Shown here in pieces: positions 44,764 to 54,243 of a stretch of DNA of 64,000 nucleotides (the first letter of the stretch is position 1; each line of letters starts with the position of its first letter). This DNA comes from Candidatus Pacearchaeota archaeon (GTDB lineage: Archaea; Nanobdellota; Nanobdellia; Pacearchaeales; GW2011-AR1). Below the pieces are notes generated by a model. It ran no database searches. It had not been told where the DNA came from and was given only the letters and a program-made list of their open reading frames with translations. The DNA lies in assembly GCA_041649045.1 (NCBI GenBank), contig JBAZNV010000003.1, forward strand, positions 24,515 through 88,514. The letters run 5' to 3'. Position numbers and translations under genes: made by a program.

Positions 44764-46395
44764 ATGGATTACAAAGTATGTATTTTGGCAGCAGGAAGAA
44801 ATAATAGAGTAAGTTGTGCTGAAGATTTTCCAGTTGCATTACTTCCGATCGGAACAACCTCGTCAATAAGTAAAATTATAGAAAAATTTCCTCTTGAGAT
44901 AGAAATTGTCATTGCAACAGGATTTAAACAAGATTTGATTATTGATTTCTTAAAAATTGCGCACCCTGACAGAAAAATAAAAGTTGTAGAAATCTCGAAT
45001 TATCTTGAGGTCGGTTCTGGGCCTGGTCGTTCACTTTTAGCATGTAAAAAATATTTACAATGTCCGTTTATCTTTACATCGGCAGATACAATTGTTTCAG
45101 ACAAAATCCCAGAACCTTACCAAAACTGGATAGGGGTATCGCAAGTTTCAGATACAACGAATTACTGTATGGTCGAAGTAGAAAATGACTATGTTATTAA
45201 GCTTCACGACAAAGTTCCTATGCAGATACTTCTAAAAACATGCAAGAATTACAAAACGATTCTCAATAACGCTTTTATCGGAATGGCAGGAGTTTACAAT
45301 TACGAATCTTTCTGGGAGAGTTTGGAACAGAATCAGGATTTAATTGAAAAAAAATTACAGGTTTCTAACGGATTGTCAGGACTTATAGATCAAAAAATGA
45401 AGGTGATAAACTTTTTTACATGGTTCAGTATAGGCACTGAAGCCGGATATAACCTCGCAAATAGATTTTTCGAACAAAATAAAGTTATTATAAAACCTGA
45501 TGAATTTATTTACTTTGAAAATGGAAAGGTAATAAAATACTTTAAAGAAACAGAAATTGTTCAGCAAAGAATTGAACGATCAAAAAAACTCAAAGGAATT
45601 GTTCCGGAACTTTTGGACATCACGCCACATTTTTACTCTTACAAGTTTATTAAAGGGACTACGCTTGCAAAAATAAACGATGTTTTACTTTTTAAGGAAC
45701 TGCTTTCAGCTTGCAAAGAAAAACTTTGGAAATCGGTAACGAAAGAAGAACCCCAAAAGTTTAAAAATTTATGTTACAAATTTTATCACGATAAAACTTT
45801 AGAACGAGTAGAATTATTCTATAAAACAAAAGGCATAAAGGACGGCAAAGAAATAATTAATGGAGAAAAAACCCCTTTCCTGAAAGAAATGCTTTCTCAA
45901 CTTGATTGGGATAAACTTTCAGAAGGAATCCCTGTAAATTTTCACGGAGATTTTCAGCCAGAGAATATTCTAATTTGTGACCGCGGTTTTCAGTTGATAG
46001 ATTGGAGACATAATTTTGCAGGAAACTTGGAGCACGGGGACATATATTACGATTTCGCCAAGCTCCATCATGCTCTCATTGTTACACATCAGATAATAAG
46101 AGATAATCAATTTGAAATTAGAATTAATAACGATGTGGTTCATTTGGATTTTCTAATTAAGAGTAATCTCGCCGAATACAAAGATTTATTTGAAAACTTT
46201 GTTTTGGAAAATGGTTACGATCTTGATCGCCTTAAAATTCTTAGTGCTCTTATTTTTCTAAATATCGCACCATTGCATCACGAACCTTACGATCGTTTTC
46301 TTTACTATTTAGGGAAATATACCCTATTTAAGGAATTAAAAAATAAGAATCCTTATAGATTAAAAGAGGAGGTATTGCAATGGGTTATAAACTGA
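44764..46395 (+). CDS. bifunctional nucleotidyltransferase / APH-ChoK-fold (protein-kinase-like) small-molecule kinase
   Basis: 543 aa. N-terminal NT domain MDYKVCILAAGRNNR. C-terminal kinase domain with catalytic HGDFQPENILI and LIDWRHN (Brenner H-x-D-x4-N plus the D of the DFG-equivalent). Confidence 0.8.
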   Translation: MDYKVCILAAGRNNRVSCAEDFPVALLPIGTTSSISKIIEKFPLEIEIVIATGFKQDLIIDFLKIAHPDRKIKVVEISNYLEVGSGPGRSLLACKKYLQCPFIFTSADTIVSDKIPEPYQNWIGVSQVSDTTNYCMVEVENDYVIKLHDKVPMQILLKTCKNYKTILNNAFIGMAGVYNYESFWESLEQNQDLIEKKLQVSNGLSGLIDQKMKVINFFTWFSIGTEAGYNLANRFFEQNKVIIKPDEFIYFENGKVIKYFKETEIVQQRIERSKKLKGIVPELLDITPHFYSYKFIKGTTLAKINDVLLFKELLSACKEKLWKSVTKEEPQKFKNLCYKFYHDKTLERVELFYKTKGIKDGKEIINGEKTPFLKEMLSQLDWDKLSEGIPVNFHGDFQPENILICDRGFQLIDWRHNFAGNLEHGDIYYDFAKLHHALIVTHQIIRDNQFEIRINNDVVHLDFLIKSNLAEYKDLFENFVLENGYDLDRLKILSALIFLNIAPLHHEPYDRFLYYLGKYTLFKELKNKNPYRLKEEVLQWVIN

Positions 46396-47153
46396 TCGAT
46401 GACACTGGATTTTATAAGTTTGAAAGACTGCACCTTAGTCCACAAGAGTTTATCGATTGTCCCCCAAGCAACCGTGTTTCAACAACCTATATTCATAAAG
46501 GCAGATTGCTTTTTGCCTTTGATGCAAAGGAGTTTCTTCTTTCTTTAGGACAAGGTTTTATTGTTGCTCCCGGAATAGGATACTCTCTTTCGTCCGTCGA
46601 GGAGCTTGTTGCATACAGGGTTTCTTCAGAAGTTAGAAGGGATAGACCTTTAGTCGAAATTGTAGACCTTGGGACTTGCAAAGAAGAGATTCCTCTCGTA
46701 GCCCCCAAAATAATAACCGACCCAAAAAGAGTTGAAAAACCTTGGGGTTGTGAGTTATGGATAGGTTATAATAATTATCATGTTTTAAAAAGAATTAGCA
46801 AGATGAAAGGGCGAGAATCAAGCTTTCATTTTCATCGTCAGAAAGTTGAAACAAATTATCTTGAATCTGGAACTTCAAATGTTATTGAACACAGACTCGA
46901 TTCAACGCTTTCAATAGAAGAAATTATTGCTTCTGCTAAAGAAAAGGAGCATGAGGCCCCTAGAAATATTTCTTCGGGAGACTTTTGGACTTCTCATCCT
47001 TATATTGCTCATAGAGTAATACCTCTTACCAACTACATAGCTTACGAAGCATCAACACCTGAATTAGATGATGTTATTAGAATCCAGGACGACTTTGGAA
47101 GAGGTTCAGGAAGAATAATAGAAGAACATCGAGGGGGTATAAAAAATGGATAG
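46380..47153 (+). CDS. cupin-domain protein (sugar-phosphate isomerase/epimerase-like)
   Basis: 257 aa. EKPWGCELWI ... SSFHFHRQKVETNYLESG ... IAHRVIPL gives cupin motifs 1 and 2, resembling type II PMI/cupin isomerases. GAGGAGG Shine-Dalgarno at 46366-46372. Confidence 0.6.
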   Translation: MGYKLIDDTGFYKFERLHLSPQEFIDCPPSNRVSTTYIHKGRLLFAFDAKEFLLSLGQGFIVAPGIGYSLSSVEELVAYRVSSEVRRDRPLVEIVDLGTCKEEIPLVAPKIITDPKRVEKPWGCELWIGYNNYHVLKRISKMKGRESSFHFHRQKVETNYLESGTSNVIEHRLDSTLSIEEIIASAKEKEHEAPRNISSGDFWTSHPYIAHRVIPLTNYIAYEASTPELDDVIRIQDDFGRGSGRIIEEHRGGIKNG

Positions 47154-47802
47154 AAATGAAACAGAAGAATTAATAAGATCCTATTTTGATGAGAAAAAGG
47201 ATGCACTTAGTAGGCTTCCAATTTCTAGATTAACAGATGCGGCGGATTTAGTTTGGAGAGCTTATGAAAACAAAGGGACAATTTATGGTTGCGGGAACGG
47301 AGGTAACGCAGGTGCAGTGTCAAATTTATTAAATGATCTAGGGACTCATACTTTTGTAACTGATGACAAAACAAAACCCTTGCCAAGAGATGTTCCTAGG
47401 TTAAGATGTCTAGATCTATGCACAAATACAACTGCTATAACGGCATTCCTTAATGATTTTGGTTCATATTATATCTTTTCCAAGCAGCTAGAGACCTATC
47501 GCGTAGGAGAAAACGACATTATATTTGGATATAGCGGAAGTGGAAGCTCTAGAAACATCATAGAGGCTTTCGAAACAGTAAAAGGTGCAGGAGGAAAAAC
47601 TGTTGCAGTTTCAAGGAACCCTGAAGGTGCGATCGTCAAAATAGCAGATGTTCCTGTAGTATTCACTTTTGGTAGACCTTCAGAATTTCCCGGTCAACAG
47701 GCAAGCAATGATAACAACTTCCATTATGAAGGGTTTGGTTTTGATTTAGGGCACGTAATAACTGGTATAATGAGAAAAAGAGTAATGGAGAAATATTTAT
47801 AA
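47146..47802 (+). CDS. SIS-domain isomerase, GmhA-like (sedoheptulose-7-phosphate isomerase family)
   Basis: 218 aa. IYGCGNGGNAGAVSNLLNDLG, ITAFLNDFGSYYIFSKQL and GYSGSGSSRNIIEA follow the GmhA pattern (GNGGS..., ...NDy.y..vF..Q, S.SG.S.N...A). Confidence 0.78.
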   Translation: MDRNETEELIRSYFDEKKDALSRLPISRLTDAADLVWRAYENKGTIYGCGNGGNAGAVSNLLNDLGTHTFVTDDKTKPLPRDVPRLRCLDLCTNTTAITAFLNDFGSYYIFSKQLETYRVGENDIIFGYSGSGSSRNIIEAFETVKGAGGKTVAVSRNPEGAIVKIADVPVVFTFGRPSEFPGQQASNDNNFHYEGFGFDLGHVITGIMRKRVMEKYL

Positions 47803-47807
47803 TAAAA

Positions 47808-48683
47808 ATGGAAAAGCAAGAAGTAATTAAATCATTGAAACGTATTGCAAGAGAAATCAGAAGCCGTACGATTGATTCAATTTATATAGCGAACTCCGGG
47901 CATTACGGTTCTTCTCTATCTTGGGCAGATATTGCAGCAACACTAATTTTTTATGAAATGGACTTAGGTAAGAATTCTTTAGGACAACAACTAAAAACGC
48001 CCCCTGTAGAAGTTGCCCCTCAAACTGAAAGAGATATTCTAGTTTTGTCGAAAGGGCATGGAGTTCCGGCCTTATATTCTGCCATTTCACTCTTAAATCC
48101 GCGTTATCTCTCTGGATATTCTTTAACAACTCTGAGAGAGATTAATAGTCCTCTGCAAGGACATCCAGTTAGAGAAACATTGCCTATGATAGATGTAAGC
48201 ACCGGTTCGTTAGGGCAAGGAGTTTCGATGGCTGCAGGAATAGCTTATGCAATAAAACATCGGGGGCAGAATAGAAGAGTTTATGTAGTAGTCGGTGACG
48301 GAGAATGTCAGGAAGGACAAGTATGGGAAGCGTTTATGTCAGCTCCAAATTTAGGTTTAGAGAATCTGACTGTTATTATAGATAGTAACGGTTATCAACT
48401 CGAAGGTTCCGTTAATGGTAAGTCTCCACAAGGAGATCTCAAAAAGATTTTTAATGAATTTGGATTTTATACTCAAGAAGTTGACGGGCATAATATAAGG
48501 GAGTTGGCAGATGCATATTCAAATGCAAGGGTTAATTCAAGAGATCTGCAAAAGCCTTCAATGATTTTAGCCCAAACAATTAAAGGAAAAGGGGTCTCAT
48601 TTATGGAAAAGGAACCTTGGAGATGGCACGGAGGTTCTATGACGGCCGAACAATATGAAACTGCAAAGAAGGAGTTATCATGA
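47808..48683 (+). CDS. transketolase, N-terminal (TPP-binding) subunit
   Basis: 291 aa. SGHYGSSLSWADIAATL, LSKGHGVPALY and VVGDGECQEGQVWEA (the TPP GDG motif). Confidence 0.9.
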   Translation: MEKQEVIKSLKRIAREIRSRTIDSIYIANSGHYGSSLSWADIAATLIFYEMDLGKNSLGQQLKTPPVEVAPQTERDILVLSKGHGVPALYSAISLLNPRYLSGYSLTTLREINSPLQGHPVRETLPMIDVSTGSLGQGVSMAAGIAYAIKHRGQNRRVYVVVGDGECQEGQVWEAFMSAPNLGLENLTVIIDSNGYQLEGSVNGKSPQGDLKKIFNEFGFYTQEVDGHNIRELADAYSNARVNSRDLQKPSMILAQTIKGKGVSFMEKEPWRWHGGSMTAEQYETAKKELS

Positions 48684-49624
48684 CTACTGATTTAGAAAAG
48701 AGAGCAACTAGGGATGGTTTCGGAAAAGCTTTGCTTGAAGTTGGAGACGACCCCAGAATTATAGTCTTAGGAATTGATCTATCTGAGGCAACAAAAACGA
48801 AAAAATTTAGAGAAAAATATCCTCATAGATTTTGCGAAGTCGGAATTCAGGAACAAAATGCAGTTGGTATGGCAGCAGGAATGGCTCTTGAAGGACTTCG
48901 GCCAGTTGTTCCAAGCTTCGGAGCTTTTTTAACTGGAAGAGCATATGAACAACTTTTGATTTCTGCAGGTTATAATCGTGCAGGGATTTTAGTCGTTGGG
49001 ACTCACTCAGGGTTAGCGATAGGGAAAGATGGCACAACACAAATGGGGATAACAGATATAAATGTAATGCGAGGGATTCCAGGCATACAAATATTCCAAC
49101 CTGCCGACGCAAGAGAGGCAGAACAAATAACTCATTATCTTGCCAGGAACAATCAATTAGCTTATCTAAGATTATCAAGAACCCCTCAGCCTCAGATCCT
49201 CCCCAAAGATTATAATTTTATATTTAACAAAGCAACGGCTCTTAAAGAAGGAAAGGACTTGGTCTTTTTTGCAACAGGAGATAGTGTTTATAATTCTTTT
49301 GTGGCTGCAGAGGAACTTGAGAGATTTGGGGTGAACGCCTCTGTAATAAATGTATCAACATTAAAACCGGTAGACGAACAAACAATATTTCAATATGCAA
49401 ATTGTTCCAAAGTTATAGTAACTGTAGAGGATCACTCAATTATTGGTGGACTTGGTTCTATAGTTTCTGAAGTGGTCGCAAAGGAAGGGATTGGAAAGAA
49501 AGTGCTGAAGATTGGGATTAATGATTGTTATGGGGAAAGTGGCGACCCGAAAGATTTGTACAGAAAGTACGGTCTTGATTCCGAAGGAATCATAAGAGCA
49601 ACAAAAAAGTTTTATTGTGATTAG
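48680..49624 (+). CDS. transketolase, C-terminal (pyrimidine-binding) subunit
   Basis: 314 aa. FCEVGIQEQNAVGMAAGMA, GTHSGLAIGKDGTTQMG and a C-terminal transketolase domain. 4-nt overlap with the N-terminal subunit gene. Confidence 0.9.
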   Translation: MTTDLEKRATRDGFGKALLEVGDDPRIIVLGIDLSEATKTKKFREKYPHRFCEVGIQEQNAVGMAAGMALEGLRPVVPSFGAFLTGRAYEQLLISAGYNRAGILVVGTHSGLAIGKDGTTQMGITDINVMRGIPGIQIFQPADAREAEQITHYLARNNQLAYLRLSRTPQPQILPKDYNFIFNKATALKEGKDLVFFATGDSVYNSFVAAEELERFGVNASVINVSTLKPVDEQTIFQYANCSKVIVTVEDHSIIGGLGSIVSEVVAKEGIGKKVLKIGINDCYGESGDPKDLYRKYGLDSEGIIRATKKFYCD

Positions 49625-49664
49625 ATTTGCAATAATTTTTAAATAAATAAACTTACTAAACTTA

Positions 49665-50768
49665 ATGAAAAAAGTTCTATTCTTGTCGCCCCTTCCCCCA
49701 CCAAATTACGGCAGTGCACTTTCGAGTCAAATGTGTTTGTCTATTCTAAGAAAGAATAATTACGATACCAATACCATCAAATTAAACTTTGCAAAAGAGA
49801 TGTCCGAGATTGGAAAAATAAACTATTCTAAATTTTCGCAGTTCTTACGGATAAAAAGACAACTGCAAAATTATTTTAAAAAGGAAAAGCCCGACCTAAT
49901 TTATATGGTTCCTGCCACATACGGGCTGGGACTTCTCAGAGAATATTTTATTTTCAAGATTATCAAAAGAAATAATAAAGAAAAAATTTTATTCCACATG
50001 CGAAGCAGAATGACAGAAGAAAATTGGAGAAATCCCATTTATCGTTTTGTTTACAAAAAAATGTTCAAAGATCAAAAAGCAATAGTTCTGGATGATTCAT
50101 TAAAAGGAGATTTGCACAACTTGGTTTCTAAAGAAAATTTATTTGTCTTGCCCAATGCAATAAAAAATGAAGTAACAGATACAAAAATTAAAAAAACGAT
50201 AAATAAGAGAAAAAAGAGAAGAACTTTTAATTTGCTGTTTTTATCTCATATGGACGAAACAAAAGGATGGTGCCAACTCTTATCTGTGTGCAAGATACTA
50301 AAAGGTGAAGGCATAGACTTCAAATGTAATTTTGTAGGCGATTGGCCCTCAAACAAAGAAAAAACAAAGTTTGAAGATTTTGTAAAGATTAATTCTCTTG
50401 AAAAAAATGTAAAATATCTTGGCCCAAAATTTGGGAAAGAAAAAGACACGGTCATGGAAGATTCAGATGTCCTTATTTATCCCAGCACTCTTGATACATT
50501 CGGGAGGGTTATTATTGAATGTATGATGTGGGGCTTGCCCGTTATTGCTAACGGAGTCGGTGCGATTCCCGCAACGGTAAAACATAACAAAACAGGATTT
50601 GTTTTAAAAGAAAATTCTCCTGAAGAAATTGTCGCGTATGTAAAAAAATTAAGAAACAAAAACTTAAGAATAAAAATGGGAAGACTTGGAAGGAAAAGAT
50701 TTTTGGAAGAATACGAAATCGGAGAATATGAAAAGAAATTTTTGAAAATTATCAATTCCAATAATTAA
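49665..50768 (+). CDS. glycosyltransferase family 4 (GT-B, group 1)
   Basis: 367 aa. C-terminal STLDTFGRVIIECMMWGLPVIANGVGAIPATVKHNKTGFVL (E-x7-E region). Confidence 0.85.
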   Translation: MKKVLFLSPLPPPNYGSALSSQMCLSILRKNNYDTNTIKLNFAKEMSEIGKINYSKFSQFLRIKRQLQNYFKKEKPDLIYMVPATYGLGLLREYFIFKIIKRNNKEKILFHMRSRMTEENWRNPIYRFVYKKMFKDQKAIVLDDSLKGDLHNLVSKENLFVLPNAIKNEVTDTKIKKTINKRKKRRTFNLLFLSHMDETKGWCQLLSVCKILKGEGIDFKCNFVGDWPSNKEKTKFEDFVKINSLEKNVKYLGPKFGKEKDTVMEDSDVLIYPSTLDTFGRVIIECMMWGLPVIANGVGAIPATVKHNKTGFVLKENSPEEIVAYVKKLRNKNLRIKMGRLGRKRFLEEYEIGEYEKKFLKIINSNN

Positions 50769-52572
50769 ACCATTTCCAAAACAAGAACATTCTTATCTTG
50801 TAATTGTTGCTGATTAAATCCTTTCTTTTTAAAATATGATCTTCATAAAAATTTTTCCATTCCTCTGAAATAATTTTCTTTTCATATAATTTTTTTATTC
50901 CAAACTCTATATCTTTAATGAATTTATTTTCTAAAATCCACCGATCTACAGGAGGAGTAAACCCCTTTTTCTTTCTATTTATTATTTTGTCAGGGATCAA
51001 TCCTTTTACAATTTCTTTTAATAATATTTTCTCATTAAAAATAGATGCTTTCCATTTGGAAGGAATTTTGGCAGAGTACTCTAAGAAACGGTAATCTAAA
51101 AACGGGCTTCTAACCTCCAAAGAAGCCCCCATTGAAGCACGATCAACTTTACATAAGAAATTGTCAGCAAGAGTATTATAATATCGATCCATAAGAATTG
51201 TCGACTCTATAAGATCATTATTTGCAAGTCTCAGGCATTTTTCAAAATTTTTTCTATTAATTTTTTTGTATATTTCTGGTTTGTATATCTCTTCTCTGGC
51301 TTCGGAAAAGAATTCTTCCTTTGACAAAAGACTTAATTTAAGCCCATCTAATAATTTAGATAAATTTTTCACGCAAATTTTGTCAATGAAGAAAATCAAC
51401 ATTTTTCGAAATATTTTTGGAACTTTTTGTAGTAAAACCATCTGCGCGGCCATTTTATGTCGAGGATAACCGCCAAAAATTTCATCCCCTCCATCCCCAC
51501 TCAAAGATACAGTCAAAGTTTCTCTGGCAAAACGCGAAAGTGTCATCGTGGGAAACATAGAGTAATCAGCAAAAGGTTCATCGTAATAATAAAAAATATC
51601 CTTTAGTCCTTTTTCAAAATCTTCCTTCTTAAAATATTTATGATTATGCTTCACTTTTAGATAATCTCTCATTGTATGGATATAAGGCGTCTCATCATAC
51701 TCTCCCTCAAAGCCTATAGAATAGGTCTGTAAATCTTTTCTTTTTGTTTGAATAGCCATCTCAGAAGTAATTGTAGAACTATCAATCCCTCCACTCAGAA
51801 ACGCCCCTGTAGGGACATCAGAAATCAATCGGAGTCTGACCGCGTCTCTTAACAATTCTCTTCCTTCAGTAATTAATTTTCTCTTATCAAAAACAGGATT
51901 ATAATGAGGGCATTCGTAATAGTAAAATTTCTTTAATTCTCTGGTCTTAATATCAAAAATCAAACTTTGCATAGCCTCAATTTTAAAAACCCCTTCATAA
52001 ATTGAAAAAGGAGATGGAACGAACCCCATAGAAAAATAAAGATCAACAGCATCTTTTGATAGCTTCTTCTTTACCTCGTGTTCTAAAATGCCCTTTATTT
52101 CAGACGAAAAAATAAATTTCTTTCCGTCAAAATAATAGTAAAGAGGTTTTTTCCCAAACCTGTCTCGACTAAGAAATAATATCTCTTTTTGCGGATCATA
52201 TATGCAAAACGCCCACATCCCATTAAATTTATTTACGCAGTTATTTTCCCACTCCAGATAACTTGCAACTATTACTTCAGTGTCAGAATTACTTCGAAAC
52301 AAATAACCTTTTTTCTTAAGCTCTTCTCTTATTTCTTGAAAATTATAGATTTCGCCGTTAAAAACGATAATAGCCTTTTTCCCTTTATGACTATATTCCA
52401 TGGGCTGATTCCCATCTTTTGTCAGATCTATTATCGCAAGTCTTCTATGTCCTAAAGAAATGTTTTTGTCAAAAAAAGTTCCTTCGCTGTCTGGACCCCT
52501 ATGCACCAAAACCTGGTTCATCTTTTTTAGAATTTTTGCATTCTTAAAATTGAAACCATTTATCCCGCACAT
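50752..52572 (-). CDS. asnB: asparagine synthase (glutamine-hydrolysing) family amidotransferase
   Basis: 606 aa. N-terminal MCGI (Ntn Cys2), HRGPD, RRLAIIDL and the PP-loop FLSGGIDSS. In glycan clusters this family often amidates sugars. Confidence 0.9.
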   Translation of the reverse strand: MCGINGFNFKNAKILKKMNQVLVHRGPDSEGTFFDKNISLGHRRLAIIDLTKDGNQPMEYSHKGKKAIIVFNGEIYNFQEIREELKKKGYLFRSNSDTEVIVASYLEWENNCVNKFNGMWAFCIYDPQKEILFLSRDRFGKKPLYYYFDGKKFIFSSEIKGILEHEVKKKLSKDAVDLYFSMGFVPSPFSIYEGVFKIEAMQSLIFDIKTRELKKFYYYECPHYNPVFDKRKLITEGRELLRDAVRLRLISDVPTGAFLSGGIDSSTITSEMAIQTKRKDLQTYSIGFEGEYDETPYIHTMRDYLKVKHNHKYFKKEDFEKGLKDIFYYYDEPFADYSMFPTMTLSRFARETLTVSLSGDGGDEIFGGYPRHKMAAQMVLLQKVPKIFRKMLIFFIDKICVKNLSKLLDGLKLSLLSKEEFFSEAREEIYKPEIYKKINRKNFEKCLRLANNDLIESTILMDRYYNTLADNFLCKVDRASMGASLEVRSPFLDYRFLEYSAKIPSKWKASIFNEKILLKEIVKGLIPDKIINRKKKGFTPPVDRWILENKFIKDIEFGIKKLYEKKIISEEWKNFYEDHILKRKDLISNNYKIRMFLFWKWFNYWN

Positions 52573-52610
52573 AAGAAGGATAGGGATAAAGAGTTTTTAA
52601 GATTATCAAT

Positions 52611-53456
52611 CTATAGTTTAACGAATTCAGCAACAAGAAGCCAGCCCCATTTTCGTTTCATCCATTCAACAATATTCTTGGGCAAAAAAGGGATCATAAT
52701 AGTATTCATATGCGTGACAGTTATTTTATTGCACTTAAGTCCTATAGATTCTAATATTTTCTTCAATTCTCGTGGTGTAAAATGTCGGTGATAATAGCCA
52801 TCGGTATAAAAATCTTGCACCGATTTTAAATTGTATCCTGAAAAAAGTTTTCCTTTGAACAATAACCAATATAAACCATTAATATAATATCTAAGACTAT
52901 TTTTATTATACACCATGATTAATCCAGACCCATTCTTTTTCAATACCCTATATACCTGCTTGAAAGCATTTATTGTATTGTTTGAATGATGCAAAACTCC
53001 CCACGAAAAAACATAATCAAAATTCTCGTCTTTAAAATCCAACTTTTCCGCATCCTGTCTTTGAGCATTAACGCTTAATCCTTGAGCTTTGGCGTTCGTC
53101 TTTGTAAGTTTTATTGCATTTTCTGTGATGTCTACACAAGTTACTTCTGCGCCTCCCTTGGCGAACAAACAACTTGCAGCACCTGAGCCACAACCTATCT
53201 CCAAAACTTTCTTTCCTGCAAACGCGTTGAAATTAAATTTATTTTTTAAAAACTTACTTCCATTCAAAAGTAAAGACTCAATTTCCAAAAAATCTTCTTT
53301 TGTCTCGGGCGTTCTATTTTCCGAATCCCAATCAGCATAAGTCATCGGGAGAGTTTCCCACCAAAGCCTATTTTTTTCCTGCTTGTTTGAAATTTTAGAT
53401 AGATTATCTGTGTTTGCCTTTAAGCTTTTTGCCTTATTTTTCATTGTTAAATTCAC
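52611..53456 (-). CDS. class I SAM-dependent methyltransferase
   Basis: 281 aa. VLEIGCGSGAASCLFAKGGA (motif I) and DYVFSWGVLHH. Confidence 0.8.
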   Translation of the reverse strand: MNLTMKNKAKSLKANTDNLSKISNKQEKNRLWWETLPMTYADWDSENRTPETKEDFLEIESLLLNGSKFLKNKFNFNAFAGKKVLEIGCGSGAASCLFAKGGAEVTCVDITENAIKLTKTNAKAQGLSVNAQRQDAEKLDFKDENFDYVFSWGVLHHSNNTINAFKQVYRVLKKNGSGLIMVYNKNSLRYYINGLYWLLFKGKLFSGYNLKSVQDFYTDGYYHRHFTPRELKKILESIGLKCNKITVTHMNTIMIPFLPKNIVEWMKRKWGWLLVAEFVKL

Positions 53457-53497
53457 AAAACTATTATTATAAATTTATGCAAACACGATATTTAATT

Positions 53498-54177
53498 TTA
53501 TCTTCTATTCCTAATATCTACCATTTCTCTTTTGATCTCAAATAACAATTGTTCATATGCCTTGGAAAAAGTTTGATTTTCAATTACAAAATTATTTCTA
53601 TAGTGGGTCGCTTCAAGAACTACTCCCCCGTTTATTTTAGAGCCCTTGAGCCTGCCTCGTTCCAAGTATTGCCCCATAGTACATGAGCCAAAAGTCAAAC
53701 CTCTCCAAATAATTGCCCCAGAACCAGTCCCCCTAAAATAAGATCCAATCCTTAATCCGGTTTTTGCATTTTCTGCTATTTGTTCAATACAATCTTCTGC
53801 ATCTTCACCAGAAGAGCAATGGTAACCATCAATCTCACCCCGTTTAATTTATCAATGACTTCTTGGTCTTTAGAAAAATCCTCTAGAATTTCTGAATATT
53901 TGTTAATGAACTTTTTTACAATTTGTCTCCTTCTGCCAGAATAGGTAAGCCTTCCAAGAAAATCCCAAATTATTGAAGACTCTTTACTTATCCTTGTTCT
54001 TACTGGAGAGAAAGAATACGGCAATAGGGTAGCAACCCAAAGCATTTTATTTCCGCTTCTTCTTACCTCTAACTAATATTTATCTAATAATTCATTAAAT
54101 GCTTCAACTTTAGGGTCAAGATATTCTCCGCTGTTCCATCCATTATCCAATCTTTTCCCCTTATCAAATCTACTCAT
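53498..54177 (-). pseudogene. decayed gene of unknown family (one in-frame TAG plus one frameshift)
   Basis: My own translation. ATG at 54177 gives MSRFDKGKRLDNGWNSGEYLDPKVEAFNELLDKY, then TAG at 54075-54073. The same frame continues LEVRRSGNKMLWVATLLPYSF... to 53776 (track ORF 53776-54045). A different frame then carries IKRGEIDGYHCSSGEDAEDCIEQIAENAKTGLRIGSYFRGTGSGAIIWRGLTFGSCTMGQY... to 53498. Confidence 0.45.
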
Positions 54178-54243
54178 AATTTCTATAATGGTAATTTCTT
54201 TAAAAAGTTTTGCATAGATTATCACTATAAAATTAAAACATAA

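Noticed and set aside
54073-54075. In-frame TAG as possible pyrrolysine or stop-codon recoding.
   Set aside because: TAG is used as an ordinary stop elsewhere in the window (for example tpiA at 25006-25008). The same gene also carries a frameshift, and no pyl genes are present. A pseudogene is the simpler reading.
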